Source: Schmidtea polychroa
Lineage: Eukaryota
Direction of reading: 5' to 3'
DNA: 64,000 nucleotides
NCBI GenBank assembly: GCA_044892525.1
Contig: CM097885.1
Location: forward strand, 2,110,001 to 2,174,000
In this document: one piece after another, positions 23,632 to 54,447 of the stretch
How positions within the stretch are numbered: position 1 is the stretch's first letter
Layout: each line of letters starts with the position of its first letter
Notes under the pieces: generated by a model
What the model was told of the DNA's origin: nothing
The model's input: only the letters and a program-made list of their open reading frames with translations
Database searches by the model: none
Made by a program: the position numbers and the translations under genes

Positions 23632-24050
23632 TTGAACTCAAATACAATGGATGATCCGGTGATCAGCTCGAGATCAGGTAGCATAGACTCCTACCGCAGC
23701 TACACAACAAGGGTATGAGTACCTGAACGAAAATACAATGGATGATCCGGTGATCAGGTAGCATAGACTCCTACCTCAGTTACACAACAAGGGTATGAGT
23801 ACCTGAACTCAAATACAATGGATGATCCGGTGATCAGGTAGCATAGACTCCTACCTCAGCTGCACAACAAGGGTATGAGTACCTGAACTCAAATACAATG
23901 GATGATCCGGTGATCAGGTAGCATAGACTCCTACCTCAGTTACACAACAAGGGTATGAGTACCTGAACTCAAATACAATGGATGATCCGGTGATCAGGTA
24001 GCATAGACTCCTACCTCAGCTACACAACAAGGGTATGAGTACCTGAACGA
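23632..24050. repeat. 80-bp tandem repeat, about 5 copies
   Basis: aaatacaatggatgatccggtgatcaggtagc...gagtacctgaactc at 80-bp period (e.g. 23811, 23891, 23971). Confidence 0.95.
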
Positions 24051-26989
24051 AAATTTCAAGCCAATATGCTTGTGGTGATTTTCCATGGTTGGATTTTTTT
24101 AGTATATGAAATTCAAATTTAAAAACGTTTTTGTTAATTAATTTGTAGGTTAAATAAAAAATTAAATATTTAAATAAAATTCATGGCAGAATTAAATAAA
24201 GTTCTTGTTTGTATATTGTTATAGATTCAAATAGATATATTTTTTAAATCTTTTATTTGGAGTTTTATAATTTACTACGCTTTGTCGAAATTGAAATTCT
24301 CAAAGAGTTTTCAAAGATGGCTTCCAATATTTTATTAGCTAGTGTTGTTTATTTGATATTAACCACTGTAAGCAACCCTATTCCGAGTTTGTTGATGATG
24401 ATAAAATAATAGAATATATAATGAATAATTTTGATTATAATAATGAAGAAATCGTACAATTACAATTTAGTGATCTATTTGAAGCATTAAGAGTTGAGGC
24501 CAAGCACAACGACAATATTTTATTGAAAGATGATATTGAAAATGTTTTTAAAATCTGGATACCATCAACTGAAGGTCAATATGAATCATATATAAACATA
24601 AATTATCTATCGTGTATAAAGAAGTAAGTACATGGGAAATGTTGGTAGTGAGTTACCGGCCAGATATTGTAGAACAGCGAATCCTAAATTAAATTGCAGT
24701 TTCAATCTTGCCATTCTAACATTTTGTGTATATAAACTACATTATTGTGATCCAAACGGCTAACAATAACTTTTTGCGTTTTGCTTGCAGTTTAATTTTT
24801 ATGTTTTATTATTTTTTTTGTATTTTATGGTTTGCTGAAATCAAACTTGTCTTTACAACTTTAATTTTCAGGGTGAAGACATTTTGGGGTCAGATATGAG
24901 ATAGGAAGAAAGATAATAGAAAAAATAGCGATAAATTATTATTAGAAATATAAATAAAATATAAATAGCAATTAAATATGAATATTCAATATACTTATTT
25001 ATAGTAATTATTAATTATTATTTTTCGATATCATAGAAAAAATTGATTTAAAATTTTACATAAATAGCCTCACAACATTTTAGTGGAGAGGCGAAAACAA
25101 CAGACACTAGAAATAGCTATACTTGTGCAACATTTAATCAGAAAAGGACTAGCGAGATAGAAAAATCAATATAACAATAGTGCGCTATAGTAACCATTTC
25201 AGGTTTTTAGCACTATCACACTTTAACTTGTTTAACCTTTTCGCTATGGGGCGCTTTTGCATAATTTGTGTCTCAATATGGCATGCAAGTAGTTACGCAT
25301 TTACGATTTGCGTATACATATGGTTCTCGTAGTTTAGTTTTATTTGTTAAATAATTAATTTTATTTTATGTATTTATATGGTAAATTATACGTACGGTAT
25401 GCATACGGCTGTACGGATTTATACGGCTCCCTTGGCGAATTTCCCGTAGACTTTCATTGTTACAAGTTATTAGCTGCAAGAAATCATTTATTGATAGCAA
25501 TACGGTAATAAATTTGGTATAATTAACTAATTAGTTTGAGTGTCAGTAAACAGTTTTCTTATTTCTGTTTCACTCTTGGTAAAATGAAATTCTCAGAACT
25601 TATTAACAGGAAGTTTTGTCAATTTCTGTTTGAATATTATCGCTAAAAACTTCGAAAATTACCCTACTCTTTTACCCCTAACCTTTTTCTGGCTGTTGGC
25701 GCATTTTAAGGCCAGCATTGACTCTTTGAAATATCTTTCAGGGCGGATTGTATAACAGTTTGACTGTACTTTAGAAGCAATCAGTCTCTTTGTTAAATGA
25801 TTAATTATTTTGTAAACTTTTGAATAAAATACATAACATTAGGGGCAGTAAATAGAATTTGAAGTCAAAAATTATGTGTTAGATCGAATAGACAACAATT
25901 TTATTTTTAGTTTTCTCAGGAGTTTCAATAGTTTCTTTCTACTGGCAGGCGTTCTATTCACCCTCCAGTAATTGTCTTGTTTCTTGTCAATTATGCTTTC
26001 TATAATCCGTTGAATCAGTTGAGGGAATAGCGAAACTATTGCCTACCAGACTCGCTATCATATTTCCCTCTAACCATCAACAGCGGATCAGAACGAATCT
26101 TAATTGTTAGCAATTTCTTAGTTTTCAATTAAAGGAATTCCCATAAATATTAAAATCACTTTCAATGGAAAATGAAGCAATTTCACTCAGTCCTTAACCT
26201 CCGAACGTTGATCATCGCCCTGTCCCTTTCCTTGCCATCACTATTCATTAGTCGATCGTTTACCAGTCTATCCGGTTTCATTTTAATGAAGTGTCTGTCC
26301 ACGGAATAGTTCGTGGAATAGTTCCATTTCTAATCTCTTCATAGCATCATTTTACACTTCTAATGTATTTTATACAGTTTATATTTTCACCCTTTTCTAG
26401 TGTTGCGTTATCGCTATAGGTAAATAACGAGGGTTCTTCTTGATTTCGGCTGAACATAAATGTTAATTTGATTTTAAGTGATTGTCGATAAGCAGATAAT
26501 TCTAAATCTAAGTTGTTGATTTTTACTCAGTTTTTACGTCTTATTTTAATATATAGATTTCTATTATTATTTTAAATTTGGAAAAATGTTTTTACTGTAT
26601 TTGCCGTTTTCAAATGTTACTAATTTCCGCATTTCTTGAATCTTTTAAAACGTTTCTTTTTGTCAAGTTTATTTGTGCATTTAATATTATGCAAAATATC
26701 AAAATTTAAATCATTTTGATGCAAATATATTTGGAAATTATTTTTGATTTTGAATAATTATAAATTTAAAAACATTTGTTTATCTACATCAAAAAGCTAA
26801 TTTATGAACTTTAAATTATAATTTTACCGGACATTATTAATGTAAATATTTAGGAATTTTGAATGTTGTCAAACGTTGAAATATTTTGATAATTGCAAAA
26901 TGTAAAATGTAAAATGGATTATTTAATTGATTTATTTTTATATTGATAATTATTTATCATTTAATCAATAATTTTGATAATTTTAGATA

Positions 26990-28090
26990 AAACGATAAGG
27001 AAAATAAATTTGAATTTGATAATTTCCAGAATGTGCAAAATGATTGTGAAGATTATGCGATCACCTTAGGTATTTGAGAAGTTGGATTAATCAAGTGGTA
27101 ATGAGAATAGCCATCAAACAGACCATTCAATGCAATTGGATTTGAAATGAAGTTGTGAAGGACGAAATGAAAGCCATCTTAATGAGAATAATGCTTACCA
27201 TCGCAAATTGTTGATCGACCATATCAATAATTTCTGCAATTAGATAGAATCAGTGGGTAATGCAAATATGAAATTGAGAAAGGAATTATCGAATTGAAAG
27301 GAGAAATAACTCAATTCAAACAATAATTTGATAATATTTAATTGATTGATTAAATTATTGATTGATATTTGTGATTGTATGAGAATTGTTCTAACGTAAA
27401 TATGGAATGGAAAGGGATTGCAACAAGGGAGAAATGGAGGAATTGAATGAGGTCAATCCAACAATTGATAATTATAAGCAGCGGCTGGCACAAGAGAATG
27501 AAAAAGCGATCAAAGGTTTGAATTAAAAATCAAACATTTTAATAGATCAACTTTGCATTCTCTTGTTGCATACGCCGTTTGCACTTCAGTTTCAATTCAT
27601 CAATTCGCATTTGGTATTTTGTTTCAATCATTTCAATTTGTTGTCTGATTTGCTTTGCGTTTAAGCATCAAATCAACAATCAAACTTGATTGATAGATTC
27701 AATATTTGTCTCCATCTCGGTTCTGGATGAGCGATTCTCATTCTATAATGCTACAATATCCTCAACTAACTCCTCTATTTCCCCTCTGTTGCCCATCACT
27801 TTCATTTCCACATCGCACATTTTCTCATTTACTCACAATATCAATTAAATATTTCAATCATTTAATTGGGCATAATCAACTTTTTGTTTGAATTGTCTCA
27901 TTTCACATTTCAATTCGGTAATTTCCTTACTCAATTTCACATTCTCATCTCTCATTGCTTGCATCTCATTGCATAAATTACTGATCTGATCGATCAATAA
28001 TTTGCTATGGCAATCATTGTTATCATTGAGATGGACTTTCATCTCGTCATTGCCCACTTCATTTCACAGCCAATCGCATTGAATGGCATC
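26990..28090. pseudogene. Two convergent TRAF pseudogene fragments (left arm)
   Basis: Similar to the intact TRAF (NDEMKVHLN..HSKLLIDQISNLCNEMQ; NKFEFDN) but with stops and deletions; no intact RING or MATH. Confidence 0.8.
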
Positions 28091-28964
28091 TCATTGGCTG
28101 CTTATTGATAAATTATCACTAATCGGGTGCAATGAATAAATGGCCTGCTAGTGCAATTGATGTGTTTGTTTCCAATTGATATCGATGCTAAATTGGAATG
28201 AACCTGCATATAAAAACAATTATTTCAGTAAATATAACATTCAGATTGGTTTGATGTCGGGTGGAGGAAACCATCAAATGACAGAAATGATTTAATTGTT
28301 CTTTATAATTATCATGATATTTTTATCAATTCATTTGCTTTAAAGAGTTAAAATTCTACTGAAATACAAATTTTATGATTAATTTAAATAAATAGGAATA
28401 AAATTTCATTTATTTTTGATATTGGTATTTTCAGGGTAAAATGATTTTTATGTTTGTTGATTATTTTTAATCAACTCACTTTTATTTTTTTTAATTCTAA
28501 TTCCAAATCTTTTGACTGTACCGATTAAAATACTAAAAATATAATGTATATTAGAATCACTTTAAATGGGAAAGTAATAGGTTAGTAAGTAAAAATCATA
28601 AATCGAAATTATTTTAATTTTCTAAAAGGTCATATTTCAAATTAAATTTTAAAAATTGACAAGCGATTAGATAAACAGGAAACTGATTATGTATAAATTA
28701 TGTATTAGAAACACGATCGAAAATTGTTAACTATTTTCCCTCTATTTTGCCCATTCAAGTAAAATTATAAGAGGGTAGTATATAGAGGGTCAATCTATGA
28801 TAATGTTACCATTAATCTCAGAGTAATAATCGTCCGCGGTAAATTTCGGGAAACCATTATTTTTTAATATATTGAACGTTTATAGATTTTGGACCCCTTG
28901 ACGCTTTTATGGAACTTTGACAAACCTTCTAAAGTATATCTCGCACAAACCTTACGAATGACGT

Positions 28965-28997
<33 letters not shown>

Positions 28998-29329
28998 GGT
29001 TTTAAAAACTTCGTTTACCTCGAAAATTAATAATACAAAATTAAATTTAAAATCTTATATGTTTAAATTCATCAAAAATTTTGCATTTGAATAGAAAATT
29101 AAAACTTATGAAAGCAAAATGAATTGATAAAAATATCATGATTATCAATAACAGTTTAATTCATTTCTGTCATTTGATGGTTTCCTCTATCCAGCATCAG
29201 GTCAACCTGAATATTATATTTACTGAAATAATTGTCTTTATTTGCCGGTTCATTGCAATTTAGTATCGAAATCTCTACATCAATTGGAATAACTATTTCT
29301 CGTTTGGGTGATAATTTATCAATAAGCAG

Positions 29330-30450
29330 CCAATCAGATGCCATTCAATGCGATTGGCTGTGAAATGAAGTGGGCAATGACGAGATGAAAGTCCATCTCA
29401 ATGAGAACAATGATTGCCATAGCAAATTATTGATCGATCAGATCAGTAATTTATGCAATGAGATGCAATCATTGAGAAATGAAAATATGAAATTGCGTAA
29501 CGAAATTACCGAATTGAAATGTGAAATGAGACAATTCAAACAAAAAGTTGATTATGCCCAATTAAATGATTGAAATATTTAATTGATATTGTGAGTAAAT
29601 GAGAAAATGTGCGATATGGAAATGAAAGTGATGGGCAACAGAGGGGAAATAGAGGAGTTAGTTGAGGATATTGTAGCATTATAGAATGAGAATCGCTCAT
29701 CCAGAACCGAGATCGAGACAAATATTGAATCTATCAATCAAGTTTGATTGTTGATTTGATGCTTAAACGCAAAGCAAATCAGACAACAAATTGAAATGAT
29801 TGAAACAAAATACCAAATGCGAATTGATGAATTGAAACCGAAGTGCAAACGGCGTATGCAACAAGAGAATGCAAAGTTGATCTATTAAAATGTTTGATTT
29901 TTTATTCAAATATTTGATCGCTTTTTCATTCTCTTGTGCCAGCCGCTGCTTATAATTATCAATTGTCTGATTGACCTCATTCAATTCCTCCATTTCTCCC
30001 TTGTTGCAATACCTTTCCATTCCATATTTACGTTAGAACAATTCTCATACAATCACAAATATCAATCAATAATTTAATCAATCAATTAAATATTATCAAA
30101 TTATTGTTTGAATTGAGTTATTTCTCCTTTCAATTCGATAATTCCTTTCTCAATTTCATATTTGCATTACCCACTGATTCTATCTAATTGCAGAAATTAT
30201 TGATATGGTCAATCAACAATTTGCGATGGTAAGCATTATTCTCATTAAGATGGCTTTCATTTCGTCCTTCACAACTTCATTTCAAATCCGATTGCATTGA
30301 ATGGGCTGCTTGATGGCTATTCTCATTATCACTTGATTAATCCAACTTCTCAAATACCTAACTTGATCGCATAATCTTCACAAACATTTTGCACATTCTG
30401 GAAATTATCAAATTCAACTTTGTTTTCCTTATCGTTTTATCTAAAATTAT
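29330..30450. pseudogene. Two convergent TRAF pseudogene fragments (right arm)
   Basis: Inverted copy of 26990-28090; includes ORF 29370-29573. Confidence 0.8.
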
Positions 30451-31556
30451 CAAAATTATTGATTAAATGATAAATAATTATCAATATAAAAATAAATCAA
30501 TTAAATAATCCATTTTACATTTTGCAATTATCAAAATATTTCAACGTTTGACAACATTCAAAATTCCTAAATATTTACATTAATAATGTCCGGTAAAATT
30601 ATAATTTAAAGTTCATAAATTAGCTTTTTGATGTAGATAAACAAATGTTTTTAAATTTATAATTATTCAAAATCAAAAATAATTTCCAAATATATTTGTA
30701 TCAAAATGATTTAAATTTTGATATTTTGCATAATATTAAATGCACAAATAAACTTGACAAAAAGAAACGTTTTAAAAGATTCAAGAAATGCGGAAATTAT
30801 TAACATTTGAAAGATGCAAATACAGTAAAAACATTTTTCCAAATTTAAAATAATAATAGAAATCTATACATGAAAATAGATTCTAAAGCTGAGAAAATAT
30901 GAAAAATTTTATTGATAATTCAACAAATATTGAGAATCAAAAATTTTTATAAAAATTATGTATCTTAAGTCGGTTTTTGAAGTAGGGTATCGCTAACTTA
31001 AAGCTGATTATTTAGAGTTTTTGAAGAGGTACTTTAGTAATATATTGCTCTTTTCAAAGTGTTTTATCAGGATACTCAAATGTTTATTGTGATGATCCAA
31101 GGGATTGTAAGGCTGGGTTTGAAGGGTTTTATAATAAATTTATTGGTTTAATTATATTTTATTTTAATGATCCAAATAATATTTCCTATTTTAAATTTTA
31201 TTATTTTTAATATTTTATTTTATAGAAAAACGTTTTTTATTTTTTATATATTTTTTAATTTTAAATTTAAATCTAAAATCAAACCTTCATTTAAACTTAA
31301 ATCCAAATTCAAATAAACGTCTCAGGGATTTTTTTTTATTTATTTTTTTTTATTTTTATAAAAATTTACTTTTTCCTAACAACAATTGTTAAATGCAATA
31401 ATGGTCAAATTCATTTGAAAAAGGCATTGTCAAAAATTCGTGATTATCAAAAAACATCGATATATTAATGATTTATAATCTTCAAGCTCTCTTTTTTAAT
31501 TAATTCAAGGGGAAAATAATCAGTGGTGAAATTGGAAAAAAAAGTTCTTATAATAA

Positions 31557-31587
<31 letters not shown>

Positions 31588-32636
31588 CAAATTCACTTGA
31601 AAAAGGCACTTCTGAAAATTCATGAATATCAAAAATATTGATATATTTACTGATTCATAATGAATAACTGCGCTTCAGTGTAGAATCCTCCTTAAACAAT
31701 GCTTCTCCTGAGCCGACAAAATCCTAATGAACCAGCCTCTTGGTGAGAAAAGTCGCCTATTGAAGTTCAAAATTGTCAAACTGGAGAAGACTTGGTTCCT
31801 CCCGTTCAGATGATGGAAACGACACAGAAAATGTTCCGACTCGAAATATTCTATTATCTACTGTAGATCTCTACTCAAATATTTAAAAATCATTGAAATT
31901 AACATGAAAAAATGAATAATAATTAATAATAAATGAATAATGAATGAACATTATGCAAACAAATTAATACTTACTGACGAAGCCACTTGAGACCTTCTAT
32001 CAATTGTTATGAAACCAAAATTAGGTGTAGCTCTAGCAGTGAAGTTCACCTGTTCCTTGATTTTTAGCCACTGTATGCAATACCAATATTGTCGTTACCA
32101 TCGGTACACGGATGATAAAAGTAAAATAATCAATAAGGCGTTTAGGGAAGAGTTCATAACAAATCTAACCGCAACCCTAGATAATTTAAATAACACAGGC
32201 CCTAAGCGCCAACCAAATTTACTTTTATCTCTGTAATTGACCAAAATTTATAATTCTTTTGAAAATTTTGCAATTGATGAGTTTTCATAATTTCAGACGT
32301 TACAATTTTGCGATTATGAATTTAAATCTTCTGCTATTATCATTATAAAAATTGCTGTATTTTTAGAAATTTTTTCGGTTTTCGACAGATTTGTTGTTTT
32401 AGCCTGCAAACAATTTGAGTTAAAATTTTCTAATTTAATCAATTTGTTAGTGTTACTATTACGCAATTATGAGATGATTACATAATATTTGCATTATATT
32501 TATGATATTAATTATAATCAATAATTATTAATAGTTTTAAAATGTATCAATTGCATTTAATAAAAATAATTATTATTTAGTTGTTTAAAATATAAAATTT
32601 GTTATAATTTAATGGAGTAAAAAGGCAAAATTCGAA

Positions 32637-34829
32637 ATGTTTTTACCAAAAACAAATTTCATATTTTTCAATTCAACAAAAAATGATTTAGGTAAAAATA
32701 GATATTTTTCTCTAGCAATAATATTTATTAAGAATATTAAATTATTTTCAATGATTTGATAATTTCAATTTGTCACATAGGTTAAGTTAATTATTTCAGT
32801 GTTCTATTCTCGAATAATTAGCAATTTCAATGTGAATAAAATTACAAAGTCGTATTATTCTGATTTTACAAAAAATACTTTTGCATTACGACAAGGAACT
32901 GGTGGCCGATCCTCATTCAGTGGAATAGTTGCAACGGTGTTTGGATCAACCGGTTTTCTTGGTAAATACATTGTGAATGAGCTCGGTAAAATTGGATCGC
33001 AGATTATTATTCCATACCGGGGTACAAGTTATTCTGTTAGGGAATTGCGAGTTATGGGAGATCTTGGACAAGTTCTGTTTCTGGTACGTGTCAAAGTGCT
33101 TCATAAATTTATTGACTTAATTGCTACTTATTATTATTATTTGATTTGATTTCTTAATTTTTGATAAATCGAGCGAAAACCTGAAATAATAATTATTATG
33201 TATTTGCGCTGTTACTCTATATCTATAATGAATATTTTACAGCCTCTGAAGGTTAACGATGACGATTCCATCCGGAAGGCAATCAAATACAGCAATGTCG
33301 TTATAAATATGATTGGCAAGGATACGGAAACGAAAAATTTCTCCCATGAGAAAGTCCACGTGGAAATTGCTGCTCGAATTGCTAGGATCAGCAAAGAAAT
33401 GGGAGTGGAGAAATTGATCCATTTCTCAGCTCTGAATGCCCAGACAAAAGTTCCGGAATTCCTCATGAAAAACGGCTCGTCGTTTCTGCGAACGAAAGCT
33501 GTTGGAGAAATCGAAGTGAGACGAGAATATCCCGAGGCGGTTATAATCCGTCCGGCTGATATTTATGGGCACAACGATCGGTTTCTCATGTATTACATCA
33601 GATGGGGTGAGTTGGGTTGGTTGTTTAGCTCGTTTCTCTATCCACTGTGCTACCGGGGGGGGGCGTTACTAATCCCTTTTGCATCGCTTATTGTCTCTGT
33701 TATTGATTACTTTTTGGTTGCGATTATTTGCTACATAAGTTTTCTTTTAACTGTTTGTTGCCATGGCAATCGATTTTATTATTAATGGTTTATAACATAT
33801 CCGGGTCATGAGGACTCATTAAATATCAATTTTGTATGCGTTGCCATGGCAATCGATTTTATTATTAATGGTTTATAACATATCCGGGTCACGAGGACTC
33901 ATTAAATATCAATTTTACATGCGTTGCTATGGCAATCAATTTTATTATTAATGGTTTATAACATATCTGGGTCACGGGGACTCATTAAATATCAATTTTG
34001 TATGCGTTGCTATGGCAATCAATTTATTATTAGTGGTTTATAACATATCCGGGTCACGAGGACTCATTAAATATCAATTTTACATGCGTTGCTATGGCAA
34101 CCCCGTTGCCATGGTTTCATAGTGACCCATAGCAACTGTAACAGCACATATTTACATGTTGCAATCCTAGCAAAGATGAAATAGATCGAGAGGGAAATGC
34201 TAAATTTGTCAACCAATCAAAATAAAGCTCAATTTTCTATAGTTATTATTTATGTCAAACCGATTGATATGGATTATAGAGCGCCGATATAACTTCCTTG
34301 ACAAGACATTTATTCCCCTGTGGAAGCATGGCAAAGAGACATTCAAGCAGCCAGTTTGTGCAATTGACGTGGCGAAAGGAATAATCAATGTGATCTGTGA
34401 CCCCTCATTTAGTAGTACTGTTATTGAAGCTGTCGGTCCATATCGGTATCGGCTCGACCATTTCATCTGGTGGCTCTATATGACCCTTCGTTACCATCCC
34501 GATAAATTGGTCATTACAGACATCAATTTCATTACCAAGTTACCTCCGTTCTGCTCATGGCCGCTTTACCGTTGTTTTGTAGGCTGAAAACGAAATTTAT
34601 GCAGAAAATCAAGCCCATCTATCCGAACATTTCAATGGATAAATTGGAACGGGAGTGTTACAGTGATGAGACAACGGAATTGCCATCTTTGGAGGATTTG
34701 GGAGTTCAGCTGACGAATCTGGAGGATAGACTGTTTTATGAGGTCCGATTCAAGAGGAAATATGGCCATTATTGGGACGCCATTGGTGAGTTTATGGATG
34801 TTACACCGCCACCTCGGGCAGTTTTCTGA
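32637..34829 (+). CDS. NDUFA9: NADH dehydrogenase 1 alpha subcomplex subunit 9; exons 32637-32691, 32800-33083, 33243-33606, 34280-34538, 34583-34829
   Basis: [50 protein letters not shown] and KQPV motifs. Canonical splice sites; AATAAA at ~34846. Confidence 0.95.
33761..34100. repeat. ~83-bp tandem repeat (4 copies) in NDUFA9 intron 3
   Basis: ccatggcaatcgattttattattaatgg...tatgcgttg repeated. Confidence 0.93.
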
Positions 34830-37800
34830 TTTAGGAAATTTATTTAATAAATATTATTATTATTTGTTTTCTATTTTATTGCTAATTATTAATCATTAAA
34901 GTTACCAAAAAGTATTCAATAAAATTCGTATATATATGCAGCTCCTATCTGACAATGGTTTGAAAACCGGCTCCTTGAACGCTGTTTGCACCATATCATG
35001 ATTAATTGGCTCCTTTTGCAATTCATTCGTTATAGTCCTAACTTTGTTTACTTTTTCTGTTATTCGATCTCGGGTTCTCCATTGGCTCAGGATTCCTATT
35101 AGCTCGGGTTTTCTATTAGCCAATAATTAATTAATTAATGATTTTCTGTTTTAACACATTCGAATGCTTTCGACCCTTCCTAACCATTTTCTGATAAATC
35201 CCTAATCATCATCTTGTTGACCATCAGCTAATCTATATCTGTCCGGTTTTCACAATTCAATTTCGATAACTTTACAATTTATTGATTTTATTCGGATTTC
35301 CGGATTCTTGCCTTTCGCAACTGCTTTTGCCATTTACTAATACGGTTTCCATCATACTTTCCTTTACTATCAATTCTGTGAATGATCACGCTTTTAATTG
35401 TCTTTTTCATTCAACCTCAACAAAACTATAAAACATTTGTTATGATTAAGGCAGCAAATAATATGTCAGAACTGGTACGAGATCAAGAAATTGATGATAA
35501 ATTGAAGATTATAATAAAACAGCAGTAATTAAAAATATATTATACAATCTTTAAAACGAAATTATTTCTATGAATGTTTAGGTAAATCACAAAGGTATAT
35601 CGTTGATCTCTTCTATACAGAGAAAAAGTAAATGACTACGTTTATCGAAATCCAAGACAGGAGATCATCAAGAAGTGAATAATCACCTTTCTGCACGTTA
35701 CACACGTGATTGCTAAATTTCGAGTGACCGAGTGATCGACTACAACATGATAGTAACAATAGGTAAGAGTGTTGGTGTTTTGGGAAAGTAAAGATGAAGG
35801 CTAATACATGAGTTTAATGATCTACCTGAGGAAATATCTCTACAAACGCTTTTATGAATATTTTATAATCTATGTATATATGTATATACCCATGGCAATA
35901 AACATGTTGGCAATGTACATAATAGTAGAGAGCCAATGAGCTTGTGTGCTTTATGTGCTATTATTACTAAGGCTAAGTGCGACATATACTATAAATAAAG
36001 GTAAAGGTAAAATATTTAGAGTCAGTAGCTTAGAGTAATGATGATTATGTTGAGGTATCGATATTTTAAACACTCAACTTGTCTGGTTCTTATATAGATA
36101 AAAACAAAAGTCTTGATATAAATATTTATTAACAATAAAAATTACCCAAAATGAACAATTTCCAATTATACTCTGGCTATCGCTTATTTCCTTCAATCAA
36201 ATAAAATCGTATTATCAATTCTTTATTATCAAATTCTTTCGAGTTATTTCAAAATACTTAGATATATGTTTTGTTCGTATGTTATGTGATGCGTGCTGAT
36301 TAAAAATTACTGCTTTATTAAAACAAATTTGTGAGACTCTTTTTGTGCTGTCTCTGGTTTTATTTATTCTTCAGGATTACCCTTCATAATTGTTAACCGC
36401 TAATTTTTGGCAATTTTATGAATATTGTTGGGATATTTATACCACTCCTAAAATTAATAAATAAAATATCCTATACGCACGGAATAATATTATATAAATT
36501 TAATATATTTTACCAGATGTTAATATTAATTATATATTTTTAATTTTATTCAACATGCAGATGTTATTTAAAATAATATTTTTCAATCTTTTAATACTTG
36601 TAATACTTGTTGAGGGTGAATGTGGTGATGGGCCTATTCTCATCATCCAACAAATAAAGTCTCATTTCGACAAAATGAACAATATTGTTGGGTATCGGTA
36701 ATGGAAAAACTAAGCCCAGTGATGGTAACAAGAATAATAATATTAATGTTAATAATAATACCACATTTAATAAAAATTGATATTTTCAAACTTAAAAACA
36801 GTATTACTACTATTACTATTACTACTACTACTACTAATAATAAAAATATTAAGGTAGATAACAATTATCCCCGATAATATATTGGTTCAAGTGGCCTAGG
36901 CATATTTTCCATGATCACTTGGACTGACAAAATTGGTCAAATTTTTAGTCTCTTATCTCAGTTTGAAATTTCACTGAGCTAAATCGCTTTTTTGTGTTTC
37001 CCCGAATCGTTTTTTCTCTTTTCCCTGGTGCAGTTTACTTTATATTATAGAAATTTGAACTGCTGGTTATGGGTAGAAAATCAATTTTTATGACTCTAAG
37101 ATTTCTACCTTTGTACAAAAGATTGCGCCGTTATTAATTGTTTTAAGTTGATGAAAATCGTACGGATTTTCTATTGAAATTGTTATTGAACCACATGAAT
37201 GTAACAGTTAATTTACTTGGGAAATATTTACGATTTCGTTTGAAGATGTGTACTTGACTATTTAAGATGATTCGAATGATATCTTAAGTAGATTCGAACT
37301 ATTTTCCACAAGGTCTGGTATTATTGGAGACTCACAATGTTATGATTTAATTCGATAGGGTCATTTCAAATAATCAAGTCAGATTAATGGTAAAGATTAT
37401 GATTAACATTTTCTAGATTATCCATGACTAAATCAATAAATTGCATCTGTAGGTAAGCTCGTTTATCTGCAGAAGCTGTACATTCTATTGACAGGTTTTT
37501 GACAATGTATTATTATCGCAGCGACTCTAGCGCCTTCCTACCTAAGCTGGCTCCGTTATAACCTCCTACTTGTGGCTTGTTGACATTTGACACCAGCTGA
37601 GCAAGAAACCTCCCCGTGTATCTTTCACCCGACCGTATGATGTTTCTCCATTTCACGTATAAAAATAGATTTATATATAATAAACATTACAAGCTTTGTG
37701 ATACCCAGTGCAAATCCCAACAGTGGACTAGTTTCGAGCTTTTGACTCTCATCAGTATTATGCAGGTGTCGCGAATATTTCTCTTCGCCCAGTTAAATAT

Positions 37801-39189
37801 AGAATATTGCTGATTCAACTCTATTGCATACTTTACCTGCTACACTGGAATTCACATCACTTGCAAATTAGCTAAATCACAGAAAAAAATATCTACACAC
37901 TTGTATATCAGTAGTGTACAAACTGTGTACCGTGAAATTTTAAAAAAACATTCAAAAAAATCCTGTTCAAAATATGTAAGAATTGATTGTGTTCTAAAGC
38001 CATTTTAATAATTTTCTCGCTTTTTAGCAATAAAGAATGAATCAGCCCTACTTCTCCTGTGGGGATATAAATTGCCAGATTGCTTCCTTAAAAGAAAAAG
38101 CGTGATTACTAAGGCCCAAAATCGATTGTTTAGAGGAACAAGATTTAATTTAACAAGAGTTAATTTATCCAAACGCCAAAAATAGAAACAAAATAAATAC
38201 ACATAACAGGTGAAACGAATTCAAAATCCGTCATGACAATGATGAAAGAGGAAAATAAGTTGAAATAATTTGCAAAAATAACTTTAATAATTCAATTATA
38301 AATTAAGTTTTCCGTGCTTTTTCCAATATTTCCAATAATAATTTTCTACTTTTCTAAAAAATTTTAAGTTTGAATTTTTAAAATAAATGATAATTTATAT
38401 TATTTCCTTTTTTGTTTCTTTTATACTCATGGAAAGTTGGAATTGAATAAAACACTTGCAATCCCTTAAAATTGCATATTTTAATAAAATAAATCTCGTA
38501 ATAAATGATTGCTGCTTATAATTGTTGTTGGTCTATGTGTATTTTTTATTATAGGATTGATGTACGAAGTTTATTTGTCTTCTTTTCAATAGTAAATGCC
38601 CCATAAGTATTTGTCTCTATATCTTGTATTTTATCTTAATTTATGGTTAAACGTACGGTTATTTAATAAATTTTAGAATAAATATAGTTAACTCAGTTTT
38701 TATTTTCATAACTTTTCATAATAACCATCCCATCAAATTTTAGGACTGGCCCCGCTTTAGAGTAGAATACAAATTGTGTGCTTAATGGAGATTCAATTGG
38801 TAAATTGTACATAAACATAAAGTTTAGAAGAAACTCATACATAAAACTGATGCATTTTCTTAACTATTTTTAATTTTTATCTAAAAGAACAATAATGCAT
38901 TTAAAATAAGTCATCATTCTTAGACATTTAATGAAAAGTATCAAATTTTTCAAATTTAATTTTCTTTATAATTATGTATGAAGATTTAATAAAAATAACC
39001 AGGACCCTAAAGGAAAATTAAATATCTAAAGTAAATTAAAAATCAGTTTTTAGAAATTGTTATAATAAATTTTATTTTCATTAGTAATTTGTTGACATTC
39101 TTTTAATTGGAAACGAATTATTTGTTGATTTTGTTTAAATAAATTGTCTCTTAGCTTTTTAATTTTTCATAAATTTTAATTAAATTTTA

Positions 39190-54447
<15,258 letters not shown>

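Larger units (their letters stand above)
26540..30890. repeat. Large inverted duplication (arms ~26540-28370 and ~29090-30890)
   Basis: Arms read as reverse complements, e.g. 27530-28090 vs 29330-29890 and 26560-27000 vs 30420-30870. Confidence 0.92.
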
